Source: Obrimoposthia wandeli
Lineage: Eukaryota
Assembly (NCBI GenBank): GCA_977020255.1
Contig: CDROCS010002735.1
Coordinates: forward strand, 186,001 to 250,000
Reading direction: 5' to 3'
Length of the DNA stretch: 64,000 bases
Numbering within the stretch: the first letter of the stretch is position 1; the number at the start of each line of letters is the position of its first letter. Below are positions 1-10,910 of this stretch, piece by piece. Below the pieces are notes generated by a model, which saw nothing but the letters and a program-made list of their open reading frames with translations, searched no databases and was not told the origin of the DNA. A program made the translations under genes and the position numbers.

Positions 1-630
1 CAGCCACTAAATGCCAGCAATTATCACCAAGCAGCTACATTAAAAGGCATTATTGGAGCAAGATATACCTAGCGATCACCCGTGGAAAAGATTTGCAATT
101 AAAATCTAGCCCTCAAATGTGGATATAGGTTCTAACAACAACGCTGTTAATAAGCCAAGTTGGAATGCGCGAAAAGCACAGCGCGCTTCATTTCTCCAGA
201 TCATTGCACGCCTATTTTCGACGCACGACCAAGCTGGCATGAGGCAGGACACAGCGGCAAGCAAATCATGCTAGCCCTTGGTAGTTTTTGTGCGCAAACA
301 CAAGAGGAAGCACAGTTACTAGCCGGCACTGCCATCTACAGGAAGATGACGAGACTGAGCGGTGCTCAAGATGCATTATTAGCGCCAGAAGAAGTACAAA
401 ATCACCGCAAACATTTTTCAATCTCAGAGGAAGCTCACTATGCCCATCTTTTAAAGGCTATACAGTAGAGCACGCCTGAGCGCTGTAGAACTGAAATAGA
501 AGAGCTAGCCAAGAGCTTCAATACCAATGAGATGCCGTGGTAGTATTACATATTTAGGTGGAACAGTTGTGGTGATTGTTGATTCGTATGTAACGTTGCA
601 GGCAGCTTTGGCATGTCAGTGATGATACTG
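1..630 (+). pseudogene. 3' part of an LLM-class (luciferase-like, YhbW-type) flavin-dependent oxidoreductase, multiply frameshifted, truncated by the window edge
   Basis: Segments joined across frames read ALLEQDIPSDHPW...PQMWI.GS...ARFISPDH...MLALGSFCAQTQEEAQLLAG...TPERCRTEIEELAKSFNTNE, which follows LLM monooxygenase architecture. ORF 160..468 covers only one frame segment. End approximate. Confidence 0.6.
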
Positions 631-2302
631 ATCGGTCTGGCGTCTCTGATTATTATATGTCCGGTGGGTATTAAATGTATCTGTCACCACAGTTGATATT
701 TTGTGATAACATTTACGTATTAGTCACTGGTTGGTCATTATCTCGTAATTGCGCGTTATTCGTCGAGCAGTGCGATCTCTTTAAAGATTGATTTCACTCA
801 TTTCTTATAACCACCTTATCGATAAATGCGCTGGCGATCGGTTGATTGGAACGTCATCAATGTAAAGTAGGTATGATGAAAGTGACAGTAGCCCGTCGAT
901 TACAGCTAATGATCTGCATATTTGTGGGCAGATCGTCACGATAATGTATAAACTTGATGCGCTTTATTATATGGCACAGTATTGGTAAACCTTAGATTCT
1001 GAAGAAACACATCATCATCTGCTGTTATTTGCTTAAACGTGTAAACGCTTGTCTATTCTGAAAACATCGTGTATATGACAACTCCAACAGTAATAACATT
1101 GTGGTGGCTAATGGTACGATGTTAGTAAAGCCTCGTTATTGACGTCGGTGGTTAAGGATTCGTTTATCTTCTAATACGTGTATGAGTGATATTACTTCTT
1201 ACAGCTGATACATTATATCTTGATCAGTTCAGCTCCCCGATCTTGTGAATGGTGGGTATAATGATGGTGTGTTTGGCATTTCCAATTGCTGGGTGGCAAG
1301 TCTTGTCATATTGAGCACGTTAAAAATTCATCGCCACCTAAGCGCCAAGAAATCACCTTCTGTGACCAAAGACTCTAATCAACAGCGCATTGTTGAAACA
1401 ACTGATCGCCAATGGCATGCCCAAAAGTATCATTGACGAATTTGAATCGATCAAGATCAATAAAAAAGAAAGATAGTTGTGTCTCAATTTTGCCATTCAT
1501 ATCTGCCAGTAACTGATCCAGCGCTTTGGCCACGAATTGGCGGTTTAGACAGCCCGTTAAGAAATCATGATTAGCTCGCTGCACCAATTCAGCCTGTGAT
1601 TTACGCTATGGTAACATCGGTGAAAACAGCGCACAAGCCACCCCCTGAGAGGTAATAGCGATTGATTTGGATGACTCGACCATCCGAGCCGTTTAGATCT
1701 TCTTGCAGTTTCATTTTGCGGGTAAGAATAATATCCACGTACTCTTGCGCCAAGATCTTGGGATCTCCAGGACCAAGCACACCCTTGCGTGCTAATTCTA
1801 GATAGTGATCTTTTAAGTTAGCTCCTTCGCGAATAGGCCCTGCAGGATTAATACCCATAGTTTCGAATTTCGAATTCCAGGTCACTAAGCGTAATTGTTC
1901 ATCGTAGGTGAAATTCCTTGGTCTATAGCATCAAAGGTCCACGCGCAGCATGTCTTATGGATTATGCTGATCGCTCTCGAAAAACATATTTTCTAGTGGA
2001 ATTTTCGCTAAAATGACACAGCCATTGGATGTTGGATTAACGCACACTCTCGCCTTAGTACTTGTTTCATCACACAAAGTAACTGTCAACTCTGAATACT
2101 CTCCTCTACCCGCCTTAAGTATCGGTTCTTGCAAACACAGGTAGAGATCTTCACTTACTTCGATCATTGGCACTAAGATCCTGTTACTCCATCGAGTAAA
2201 AGCCTCACTGAAAGCTTCAATTTTTCCTGATTTGTCAATTAGTAGTACTGGACTTGGAATTTTCTCAAAAACTTCCAATAACATAAATGATCTCCGCATC
2301 AC
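620..2302 (-). pseudogene. PAS / PAS_7 - GGDEF - (EAL) signalling protein broken into fragments (ORFs 1955..2302, 1601..1885, 1375..1587 and downstream debris)
   Basis: Single-base corrections give MLRVTFDAIDQGIS.YDEQLRLVTWNS (PAS_7-like), then HDFLTGCLNR...FFFIDLDRFKFVNDTFGHAIGD. RLGGDEF lies out of frame at 1324-1338. Degraded ELIK..DI.MYQ.KK and possible EAL-type GY.SLSYL/IDR remnants lie toward ~800-900. Lower end approximate. Confidence 0.65.
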
Positions 2303-2777
2303 TCTTTATTTAGCAAACACATATTGGAAAAGACTATAACCTTGTTTAGGGTATATTAATATTGACTACTAACAGATTTTTATAATGAGACAACAGCTGG
2401 TATTTTTTTGCTCTATTTTAACTATAGTAACCATACTTCTATTGAAAACTTTCTTCTCTATCAGCTTTCTTCGCTCCATACCACTGTGACACTTTGGTTC
2501 CCCCTGCGCTTGGGTCTCAGATCTATGCATTACTATGCAGGCCTGAGATCCAAAAGATTATATTCATCGGCCGCACAGCTAATTGACTTCCCTATAAGCT
2601 ATTTGTCAGCACTGGTTTTTTAAGGGGGTGTTATACAGAGCGCTGGTAGCGGTATCATTAGCGCTTAAATTAACAATGATGCATTGTTCGTTACAGTGAT
2701 AAACCGCGTCGATGCCGAATCTCACTATTTGCTTATAACTTGAAATATTACGTATAAACAGATAAACCCAATAACCA

Positions 2778-4388
2778 CTATCGAGCTACCGCTTGGCTCT
2801 CTTGCATATGAGAAGTAGATAGCAGCAATTTAAACGCATTTGCACTAACCGGCTTGCTGAAGTAATACCCTTGAATTGAATCACACACAGTGCTTTTGAT
2901 GAAATTGAGCTGCTCTATCGTCTCGATACCTTCTGCGGTTATTGCTAGGTTTAAATTATTAGCCAATGTAATAATGGTACTCGTCGTTAGCATATCTTCT
3001 TCACTTGATGGGATATTCTTGATGAAGCTCTGGTCAATTTTCAGTCGATCTAATTTAAATCGCCTTAGATAGTTTATCGATGAATAGCCGGTGCCAAAAT
3101 CATCCAATGCCAGTGATATTCCGATACTTTTCAGCTGTTCTAGGCATTTTATCGCCACATCCACATCTTTCATCATTGATGTTTCTGTCACTTCTAGTTC
3201 TAAATAATTAGGGTGCAATTCACTAGAAATTAAAGATCGAGTCACAGAATCAACGATCCTATTAGAGTTTAAATGGCTCGCAGAGATGTTCACCGACATG
3301 ACAATACAGTCTAAGCTCTCTCGCTGCCATTGCTTGTTCTGCCTGCAAGCGTTAATTAAAACCCAGTCATCTATAGCCCCAATCATGCCTATTTCTTCAG
3401 CTATTGGGATAAATTCATCTGGGGAAACAACTCCTAGTTCTGTATTATTCCAACGCACTAAAGCTTCTGCGCCTTTTATCTTACTCGTTTGAACATCAAT
3501 AACGGGTTGATATACAACACTGAGTTCTCTATTTAACAATGCTTGTCGTAAGTTTAGGCACACGCGTGACCTTCTTTCAGATTGCTTTCGAATATCACAT
3601 GAAAAGAATTTGTAAGTATTTTTACCCTCGTTTTTAGCTTGATACATAGCAGTATCAGCTTGCTTTAGCAATTCTTCTGCATCATTTCCATCAGTGGGAT
3701 ACTCAGAAACCCCTATGCTTAAACTTACATAAGCACTTTGATCGTTTAAAATAAAAGACTTTGCTACACTTTTTAACAATCGTTCACAAAGCACACTTAT
3801 ACACTCTCTGTTTTTATACTTATCAACGACAATCACAAACTCATCACCCGATATGCGAGAAAACACATCCCCCTCTCTTAATTCAAGCGATATTCGAGCA
3901 GCGACTTGTCTTAATAACTCATCACCATATGAATGACCAAAAGAGTCATTAATCCCTTTGAAGTTATCAATATCAATAAAGAGTAATGCTATTTTAGAAT
4001 CTTGGGCACAAGCTTCAGAAATTTTTAGCTCTAGTTTTTCTTTGCACAGATCGCGGTTTGCTAAGCCAGTTAAGCTATCATAAAACGCTATTTTTTTTAT
4101 TTCTATCTCTGCTTGTTTACGACGAAACACCTCTTTCTTTAAATAGCTAGTGCGCCGGTAAATAATAAAAATAAAACCTAACGAAGCAATAAATAACAGC
4201 CTAAGAACGTCATCTAACTCGAACTTATCTAGAACTCCTGAAACACGAGCTATCTCACCAAAGAGATTTTGAGTTTGTGCATGCCAATACATAATGGCAC
4301 CAATGACTAACGTTCCCAACACTTCTTGAGTGAAAGGCTTTTGTAAACGTACTTGAAAGTAACTGCCAATGGATTTTAACAACTTCAC
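2778..4388 (-). CDS. Membrane-anchored diguanylate cyclase/phosphodiesterase (GGDEF-EAL)
   Basis: Two N-terminal hydrophobic segments; YDSLTGLANR, FIDIDNFK, SGDEF; EAL, QPVID, ELEVTE, DDFGTGYSS, KIDQSF, EGIET, QGY motifs. Confidence 0.92.
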   Translation of the reverse strand: MKLLKSIGSYFQVRLQKPFTQEVLGTLVIGAIMYWHAQTQNLFGEIARVSGVLDKFELDDVLRLLFIASLGFIFIIYRRTSYLKKEVFRRKQAEIEIKKIAFYDSLTGLANRDLCKEKLELKISEACAQDSKIALLFIDIDNFKGINDSFGHSYGDELLRQVAARISLELREGDVFSRISGDEFVIVVDKYKNRECISVLCERLLKSVAKSFILNDQSAYVSLSIGVSEYPTDGNDAEELLKQADTAMYQAKNEGKNTYKFFSCDIRKQSERRSRVCLNLRQALLNRELSVVYQPVIDVQTSKIKGAEALVRWNNTELGVVSPDEFIPIAEEIGMIGAIDDWVLINACRQNKQWQRESLDCIVMSVNISASHLNSNRIVDSVTRSLISSELHPNYLELEVTETSMMKDVDVAIKCLEQLKSIGISLALDDFGTGYSSINYLRRFKLDRLKIDQSFIKNIPSSEEDMLTTSTIITLANNLNLAITAEGIETIEQLNFIKSTVCDSIQGYYFSKPVSANAFKLLLSTSHMQESQAVAR

Positions 4389-4879
4389 CCAATACTCCTC
4401 GGTTACTGCACCTAGCTTTATAATATTAAGATCAAATAGGCAACTAATTAATTAAACACTTGTTTTAAAATAACATTGTTTTGCTAGGTTTTGAACTTTT
4501 TTCAATCACTTGCCCTAATTCAGGTCATGAATATCTGTTTATGTGTCAGTAATTGACGACGTTAAATTATTTGATAGCATGATTTATCAAGCCACTCTAA
4601 CCTCATTAACCCGTTCAGCCTATAGATCCATCTGCTAACGTTTAACTCGATAGCTTACGAATCAAAATCCAAAAATTGTTATTCCTTAGTATGCTATCTA
4701 GATAGATAGCTTCCATCCAGAAACGAATGTCTACTGCGACTGATTCACTAACTTGACCTGACCACCACTAAATGTAGTCATTTAGAACAACCAAGCGTCT
4801 AGATTTAGTAGTGTCGATCGCAGACCATTGGGTCAGCCTCGCTACAGCCCTGTTTTAAGGTAAAACTAGATCTAATTTT

Positions 4880-5415
4880 TAAAAAATCTCGGCCGCAAGC
4901 GACCGAGTTTTTAGAACAGCCCGAGCTGCTTACTATTTAATTCACTTTTGTTCATGACCAATAGTTGGTCTTGAACATATTTTCGTATTACTTCTTCGCT
5001 AGCATTTCCAATTGTTTCCACGAAATAACTTTGAGTCCACAGCTTCCCTCCCCAGAAGTACTTCTTTTTTATAGCGGGGTGTAATCGAAAAAACTCCCGA
5101 GCCGAAATACTTTTAATGACTTGAGATGGTGCTATTTTTTGGATCTGTTCGTAACCATATGAATATGATCTTCTGGTATTTCAAGTTCAACAATTTCTAT
5201 ATCATAGTCATATCCAATCTTTTGGATAATCGCTTTAAGATCAGCTCTAAATGGCTCAACAAATACTTTATGGTGATACTTTGAATCCAAACAAATGATA
5301 CATTAATCTGAAAACATGGTGTGAATTTCGATATAACTCCATAAGCTGAATACCCCACAATGACTTCGTCATTGTACGCTATCCAGCTCGGGGGCAAGCC
5401 CCCGAGATTTACGCT
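4880..5415 (-). mobile_element. Degenerate IS200/IS605-family element (tnpA only) with subterminal hairpins
   Basis: Hairpins ctcgggggcaagcccccgag (5387-5406) and ctcggccgcaagcgaccgag (4888-4907) flank a broken tnpA. Boundaries approximate. Confidence 0.8.
4911..5342 (-). pseudogene. tnpA: IS200/IS605 Y1 (HUH) transposase, frameshifted
   Basis: Frame-corrected: MELYRNSHHVFRLMYH.VWI.KY.HKVF...EDHIHMV...YFWGGKLWTQSYFVETIG...IRKYVQDQ. Several indels; not in the ORF track. Confidence 0.85.
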
Positions 5416-5453
5416 ATGCGGTTAAACCGAAGTAATATCGTTAAATGGGTTCA

Positions 5454-5665
5454 ATGCAAAATGTTCAGTTGATTTCGAGATTGATTTTTCAAACGGTGGA
5501 GGTATTCAAGGCCAAAGGTTTAGGCTTGATATTGAAGGTGACAGTATTACCGATCAAGTTTTAGCTGATTATATTGTCGATGACCTGCGTTTGTTAATGG
5601 TCAGTGAAGTTCGCATATTAAATAAAGAAATTATTTTAGAAAAACATAAACGCATTTCACCGTAA
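5454..5665 (+). pseudogene. Small (~68 aa) protein resembling the FDFEIDFSNGGG domain found alone or N-terminal to cyclase-family proteins; apparent -1 frameshift near the start
   Basis: ATG CAA AAT GTT CAG TT(T) GAT TTC GAG ATT... gives MQNVQFDFEIDFSNGGGIQGQRFRLDIEGDSITDQVLADYIVDDLRLLMVSEVRILNKEIILEKHKRISP. Family assignment is from memory. Confidence 0.55.
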
Positions 5666-6335
5666 TTTACCCACGAGTGGAGACCCTAATTGAAAAGGCC
5701 GCTATGTTCATTTCGACTACTTAATCATTGAGGTGAGAGAACAGTTGCGCCAAGAAAGGGAATTTATTGAAACCTAAAGACCAATAAACCCAACGGCAAA
5801 TGTGCCACTGTAAATACTCAATCAATCAGCTTTAGACAGTGTGCAAGGCTAATACAGCTTACGCATAAGCCAATAAAAACTTATATAGCTCAATTCAGCA
5901 TCTAGTCTTTGAAGAAATTTCTCTAGGTCGAAAGGTAAGCAGCCAATCCCACCCATCATGCTAATTAAATGAGATGAGTGTTCTATTGTAAATGCATTTA
6001 CTGACTTTGTTATCAGATTATTACAGATTCATTGTTTAGAGACCTCAACATAACTTACCTAGAAGGTGTGTAAAACCCGACGCAACCCTAGTATTTGTTG
6101 TAACCATAAACAGATCCATGCTAGCTAGTTTCTCTTAAACATCCTTCTTTTAGCCACATAGATATAATCATTGAACAGCACTAAAAGAGAGTATAAATCT
6201 AGAATAATTTGACATGTATCAATAAAAATACTGTCTTAATTGTAATCCTTTTTATAGCCCTATTTTTGTTGCGTTAGATCAATTTATTAACGCCATAAGG
6301 GAGTATCTTTAGCTTATCAAAAAGGAGGATTTATT

Positions 6336-6467
6336 ATGTTTGGTATCGACCCGTATGTATTTGAAACACTTTGGCCTAGTCTTCTAGGTATTGCAGGTAT
6401 GACAGCAGCTATGGTCTGGGGCTGGTTTAAGGTAAAATCATTAATTAGCCAAGATTCTAAAGAATAA
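6336..6467 (+). CDS. Small single-pass membrane protein, 43 aa (MFGIDPYVFETLWPSLLGIAGMTAAMVWGWFKVKSLISQDSKE)
   Basis: Strong RBS AAAGGAGG 7 nt before ATG; one hydrophobic helix followed by a basic/polar tail. Below the ORF-track cutoff. Confidence 0.65.
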   Translation: MFGIDPYVFETLWPSLLGIAGMTAAMVWGWFKVKSLISQDSKE

Positions 6468-6618
6468 GTGTCATATAGAAACTAGTATACATCCTACTTC
6501 GCTAATTAATAAATGGATATTTTTTAGCTATATCTTTAATTAAAACGTTTAGGATAGTTGCAGGTAAGGTAAAGTGTAACGATTGCTTTACCTGCTAATT
6601 TTATAGCTACGTTGTTGC

Positions 6619-6900
6619 CTATTCAGCTTTGGTTTCAACGTTTGCTGATCCACCTTCTTGCTCACTGTGATCAAAACGATTGAGCATCGCTTTTATACGA
6701 TCTAGGGTTTGCTCTTGCTTCTCTTCTTGATCTATCCCATCCAATAATAATGTTTCATTATCAGTTTCTAGCTGTTGTAATGTTTTGCTTAGCTGATCTC
6801 GCTCTTGTGTTACGCGTTCAACATCTGCAGTTAACATCTTATTCTGTTCAATCATTTGATCAATGACTTGCTCGAGTTTTAACAGAGCTGTGTTTAACAT
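6619..6900 (-). CDS. Small coiled-coil protein (ZapB-like character), function uncertain
   Basis: 93 aa, heptad-rich, L/E/Q-rich sequence. Confidence 0.6.
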   Translation of the reverse strand: MLNTALLKLEQVIDQMIEQNKMLTADVERVTQERDQLSKTLQQLETDNETLLLDGIDQEEKQEQTLDRIKAMLNRFDHSEQEGGSANVETKAE

Positions 6901-7278
6901 GATAAAATTTCATCCAAGATTTAAAAGTGCGTTATCTTAACAACACACTAATAAAAAGCTAGCGCTAAGTCTCTTTTAATAAATAATTTGCACAATCTGA
7001 TGTTTGTTTTATATCAATGCTGATTATTTCCTAACTTTGTACTATCAATCACTGTTGTATCGGCTAATTATCATAGCGTCGTTTATTAACATCCAACTAG
7101 CATACCTCCTCTTTATTAATACTAAGACTGTTAAAACTATTTATCAAATGACACAAAACAGAGCCACCTGTATCATGCAAGTAATAGCACGTAGGCAAAT
7201 TTTTAGCACTCACCAGTGGCTCTGTTGAATACTTATCAGTTTTTCGGCTGACGCACCTTAAGCGATGAATCAAAAAAT

Positions 7279-8544
7279 ATGGATACCAGGTTTAAAAAAG
7301 TTTTTTTAGTTGGCGGCGCTGTTCGTGACGCGTTGTTAGGTGTTGATTGTGCAGATAATGATTATGTTGTGGTAGGTGAAAGTGTTGATGCCATGTTAAA
7401 GCTTGGCTTTCAGGCTATTGGTAGTGATTTCCCCGTTTTTTTGCATCCAAAAACTAAGGATGAATACGCTCTAGCGCGCACAGAGCGAAAAAGTGGATCT
7501 GGCTACACCGGCTTTACAGTGGACGCAAGTAGCTCTGTAACTTTAGAAGAAGATTTATCGCGCAGAGATTTAACCATCAATGCGATGGCAAGAGATGGGC
7601 AAGGCCAAATTATTGACCCATTTAATGGCCAACAAGATTTACAGGATAAGGTACTTCGCCATACCACCTTAGCTTTTATAGAAGATCCCGTAAGAGTATT
7701 GCGCGTAGCACGGTTTTTAGCACGCTTAGGTGATCAGTGGTCAATCCACCCGCAAACTTACCAATTGATGCGGCAATTGCGAGATAACGGCGAGCTAAAA
7801 CATTTAGTCGCTGAAAGAGTGTGGAAAGAAACAGAAAAGGCGCTCAGTGAAAAACACCCTCATTTGTATTTTGAAGCACTTCAAGGGCTGGGCATTTTTC
7901 CTGAAGTAGAAGTGATGGTGAACATTCCGCAACCTGTTGCGCACCATCCAGAAGGAGATGTTTATAACCATACTATGCTAGTGCTTAAGCAAGCAGCAGA
8001 TAAAAACTTTGATCTTGAAACACGCTTTGCAGCGTTAACCCATGATTTCGGTAAGGCTATTTGCCATCAAAAGCGCGGTAAATTACATGGACATGAACAA
8101 GCTGGGCTACCCATCATTGACATTTTTTGTGAGCGAATAAAAGTACCTAACCGTTTTAAAACGATTGCGCTTCTCACCAGTGATAATCACACTTTGTGCC
8201 ATACTATTTTTCAGTTAACGAGCAAGACGCTACATAAGCTGTTAATCGATAAATTGAATGCCGTGGCGCAACCTGAAAGGTTCCAGCAATTTCTGCAAGC
8301 TTGCATTTGCGATGCCCAAGGGCGGGGTCCTGATTACATAGATAAACCTTATCCTCAAGCTGATTTTGCACAAACCTTAGTCACTGCACTAGCTACTATG
8401 GATAAAAAGTCTGTCGTTCAAGAAGCGATTAAGCAAGGTAAAAAAGGTCCTGATATTGGCGCAGCTGTCCGCATTGCAGAACTCAGTTGCATTAGCCACT
8501 TTCTATCAGCTAATAAAGTATATATTGATACGCAAAAGCGTTAA
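7279..8544 (+). CDS. cca: Multifunctional CCA tRNA nucleotidyltransferase with HD domain
   Basis: VGGAVRDALL, DNDYVVVG, GSDFPVFLHP, EYALARTERK, RRDLTINAM, EDPVRVLRVARF; HHPEGD..HT and HDFGK of the HD domain. Confidence 0.95.
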   Translation: MDTRFKKVFLVGGAVRDALLGVDCADNDYVVVGESVDAMLKLGFQAIGSDFPVFLHPKTKDEYALARTERKSGSGYTGFTVDASSSVTLEEDLSRRDLTINAMARDGQGQIIDPFNGQQDLQDKVLRHTTLAFIEDPVRVLRVARFLARLGDQWSIHPQTYQLMRQLRDNGELKHLVAERVWKETEKALSEKHPHLYFEALQGLGIFPEVEVMVNIPQPVAHHPEGDVYNHTMLVLKQAADKNFDLETRFAALTHDFGKAICHQKRGKLHGHEQAGLPIIDIFCERIKVPNRFKTIALLTSDNHTLCHTIFQLTSKTLHKLLIDKLNAVAQPERFQQFLQACICDAQGRGPDYIDKPYPQADFAQTLVTALATMDKKSVVQEAIKQGKKGPDIGAAVRIAELSCISHFLSANKVYIDTQKR

Positions 8545-8567
8545 GTTCAGTGGAAAAATAAAGACCA

Positions 8568-9044
8568 CTAATTTGCATAAGTCAGTGGCAATGCGGTGGT
8601 TTGTTTCATCGTTTCCATCACAAAGCTTGAGTGGATATCATTCAAACCAGCTTTACTCAATGATTTAAATAGTCGATCATATCCTTTCATATCAGGTACT
8701 ACCGCTTTTAATAAATAATCACGATCCCCTGTCATTCTGTGCACTTCTAAAAGCTCTGCTACATCATCAATTAAGAATTTGAATTGTTCAGCCCACTGTT
8801 CATTAAAACGCTCTGTACGTACCGTTATGTAAACCGTTAGCTGCAAATTGAGCAATTCTTGATTTAACAAGGTTACTTTTTGGATAATCAAACCCATATC
8901 AGTTAACTGCTGTAGGCGCCGCCAGCAAGCTGACTTGGATAAACCTACTTGTTCCGCTAAGCTAGCAACTGATAAATTAGCGTCTTGTTGCAGTAAATCA
9001 AGCATCGCGCGTTCTTGCCGGTCTAATCGTAGCGGTGAATTCAT
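8568..9044 (-). CDS. Lrp/AsnC family transcriptional regulator (DecR-like)
   Basis: LLQQDA.LSVASLAEQVGLS.SACWRRL HTH; RMTGDRDYLLK; SSFVME.MK.TTALP. Divergent from the transsulfuration gene. Confidence 0.9.
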   Translation of the reverse strand: MNSPLRLDRQERAMLDLLQQDANLSVASLAEQVGLSKSACWRRLQQLTDMGLIIQKVTLLNQELLNLQLTVYITVRTERFNEQWAEQFKFLIDDVAELLEVHRMTGDRDYLLKAVVPDMKGYDRLFKSLSKAGLNDIHSSFVMETMKQTTALPLTYAN

Positions 9045-9443
9045 AATAGCTTACCTATAATTTTACTATTTTCTAATATTTCGTAATATTAATTCGAATT
9101 TTAAACATATATTGGTACAAAGTCATAATTTTTCATTCTTAATCTCTATAATCAGAGACAATCTCTATCGCTTGATCTTCTATACTATAGTGACTGGAGA
9201 CTACCCGAGAACAGATTTATTTACTGCGAACCAATCTATTAGTCCAATTTTATTGCTCATTTTCGATAATTTTAGCAACTATTCGCCTTAAACAGCTTGG
9301 CTCTCGCTACGATCGCAGTTCTCAGACAGCCTCTTAACCTTTATTCAGAAACGGCTGCTTATTGCGAAGCTATATTAGACCAGCCTCGCAATCACAGCGT
9401 TTATGAATGAACACCTTTAAATAAGCTATTTTCTGGAGCGAAT

Positions 9444-10598
9444 ATGACGATTGAGTATTCAAACAAATCAACAACTTGTGTACATGCTGGCGTTACACCT
9501 GATGCTACTCACCAAGCAATAATGACGCCTATTTTCCAAACGTCAACCTATGTGCAGGATTTCCCAGGCGTTCCTAAAACTCACGATTACTCAAGAGCCG
9601 GAAACCCTACCAGAGATGCGCTAGAAAGCTCTTTAGCTGCATTAGAAGATGCTGAGCACGCAATTTCATTTGCTTCAGGTTTAGCTGCGATACAAGCGGT
9701 GGGACAGTTACTAGAACCAGGCAGTCATGTGATTGTTTGTGACGATGTCTATGGTGGAACTGGCCGTTTATTTAGAGAGTTTTACGCTAAGTACAACATA
9801 GAGTTTGAATTCGTGGACATGACCGTTCCAAGCGTTCAGATAGAGAAGTATTTCAAGGATAATACCAAGCTGGTATGGGTTGAATCACCGACTAATCCAC
9901 TGCTAAAAATCATTGACATTGTTGCTATCGCAGCTTTAACCAAAGCAAAGGAAGTAATATTAGCTGTCGATAATACTTTTGCTTCGCCTATTTTCCAAAA
10001 CCCACTGGCACTTGGCGCTGATATAGTGATGCACAGTGTTACAAAATACATCGGTGGACACAGTGATATCATTGGTGGAGCGCTGATGTTAAATGATCAA
10101 GCATTGTATGAAAAATTACGTTTTGTACAGTTTGCAGCAGGTGCTGTGAATGCACCAATGGATTGCTTTTTATTGCTTAGAAGCATCAAAACGTTAGCGA
10201 TTCGTATGGATGTTCATCAAAAGAATGCCATGGCTTTTGCAAAAAGCTTAGAAGCTATGCCACAATTTAGTGAAGTACTATACCCAGGGCTTGAGAGCCA
10301 TCCGCAATACGCTTTAGCGCAACAGCAGATGAAAGGTTTTTCAGGTATTGTTAGTGCACGTCTTGAGGGTGACTTTGCGGCAACTGCTAAGTTTATGCAA
10401 AACTTAAAAGTGTTCCACTTAGCAGAAAGTTTAGGGGGTGTTGAATCGTTAGTTAATCATCCTGAAACAATGACTCATGCTTCTGTCCCTAAAGAAATGC
10501 GCGAAACATTAGGCATTTCAGGTAACTTAGTGCGCTTCTCTATTGGTATAGAAAATATCGAAGATCTGATTGGTGATGTTGAACAAGCTTTCAACTAA
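9444..10598 (+). CDS. Cystathionine gamma-synthase/gamma-lyase family PLP enzyme
   Basis: YSRAGNPTR, FASGLAA, ESPTNP, DNTFASP, HSVTKYIGGHSD (PLP Lys), AESLGGVESL. Confidence 0.93.
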   Translation: MTIEYSNKSTTCVHAGVTPDATHQAIMTPIFQTSTYVQDFPGVPKTHDYSRAGNPTRDALESSLAALEDAEHAISFASGLAAIQAVGQLLEPGSHVIVCDDVYGGTGRLFREFYAKYNIEFEFVDMTVPSVQIEKYFKDNTKLVWVESPTNPLLKIIDIVAIAALTKAKEVILAVDNTFASPIFQNPLALGADIVMHSVTKYIGGHSDIIGGALMLNDQALYEKLRFVQFAAGAVNAPMDCFLLLRSIKTLAIRMDVHQKNAMAFAKSLEAMPQFSEVLYPGLESHPQYALAQQQMKGFSGIVSARLEGDFAATAKFMQNLKVFHLAESLGGVESLVNHPETMTHASVPKEMRETLGISGNLVRFSIGIENIEDLIGDVEQAFN

Positions 10599-10757
10599 AT
10601 ACCTATAAAACAAGAGCGTATCTACAGTTATTGACACGCTCTATCATTAGTATAAGCACTTTGAAAGATGAGCATTCTACTTCAACTCAAGTTCTACAAC
10701 GATAAACGCATAGTCGCTAGCATTCACAACATTGTGCTTAACACTTCTCTTTCGAGT

Positions 10758-10910
10758 CATTAGTGTCCGGTTTAATTTTTGTTGCTCTCTAACTCATTGA
10801 TTTTACGTTAACGGAAGATACTCCTTAGCTAAAAAATATCTATTTTTCCATGATAGAAAACCACAAATCAATGAGTTAGAGGGCTTACATTTTTTAACCG
10901 GACAGCAATG
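10758..10910 (+). mobile_element. MITE copy 1 (153 bp)
   Basis: Imperfect TIRs CATTAGTGTCCGGTT...AACCGGACAGCAATG; perfect 9-bp TSD CTTTCGAGT (10749-10757 / 10911-10919). Confidence 0.92.

Noticed and set aside
971-990. Second sigma-54-like motif (TGGCACAGTATTGGTA)
   Set aside because: The -12 element is imperfect and it lies in the corrupted region.
5700-6120. Possible methyltransferase-like remnant on the minus strand (…MGGIGCLPFDLEKFLQRL…)
   Set aside because: Too fragmentary; no SAM-binding motif could be supported.
9045-9443. SAM or other riboswitch before the transsulfuration gene
   Set aside because: No recognisable aptamer; the divergent Lrp/DecR-like regulator is a sufficient explanation.
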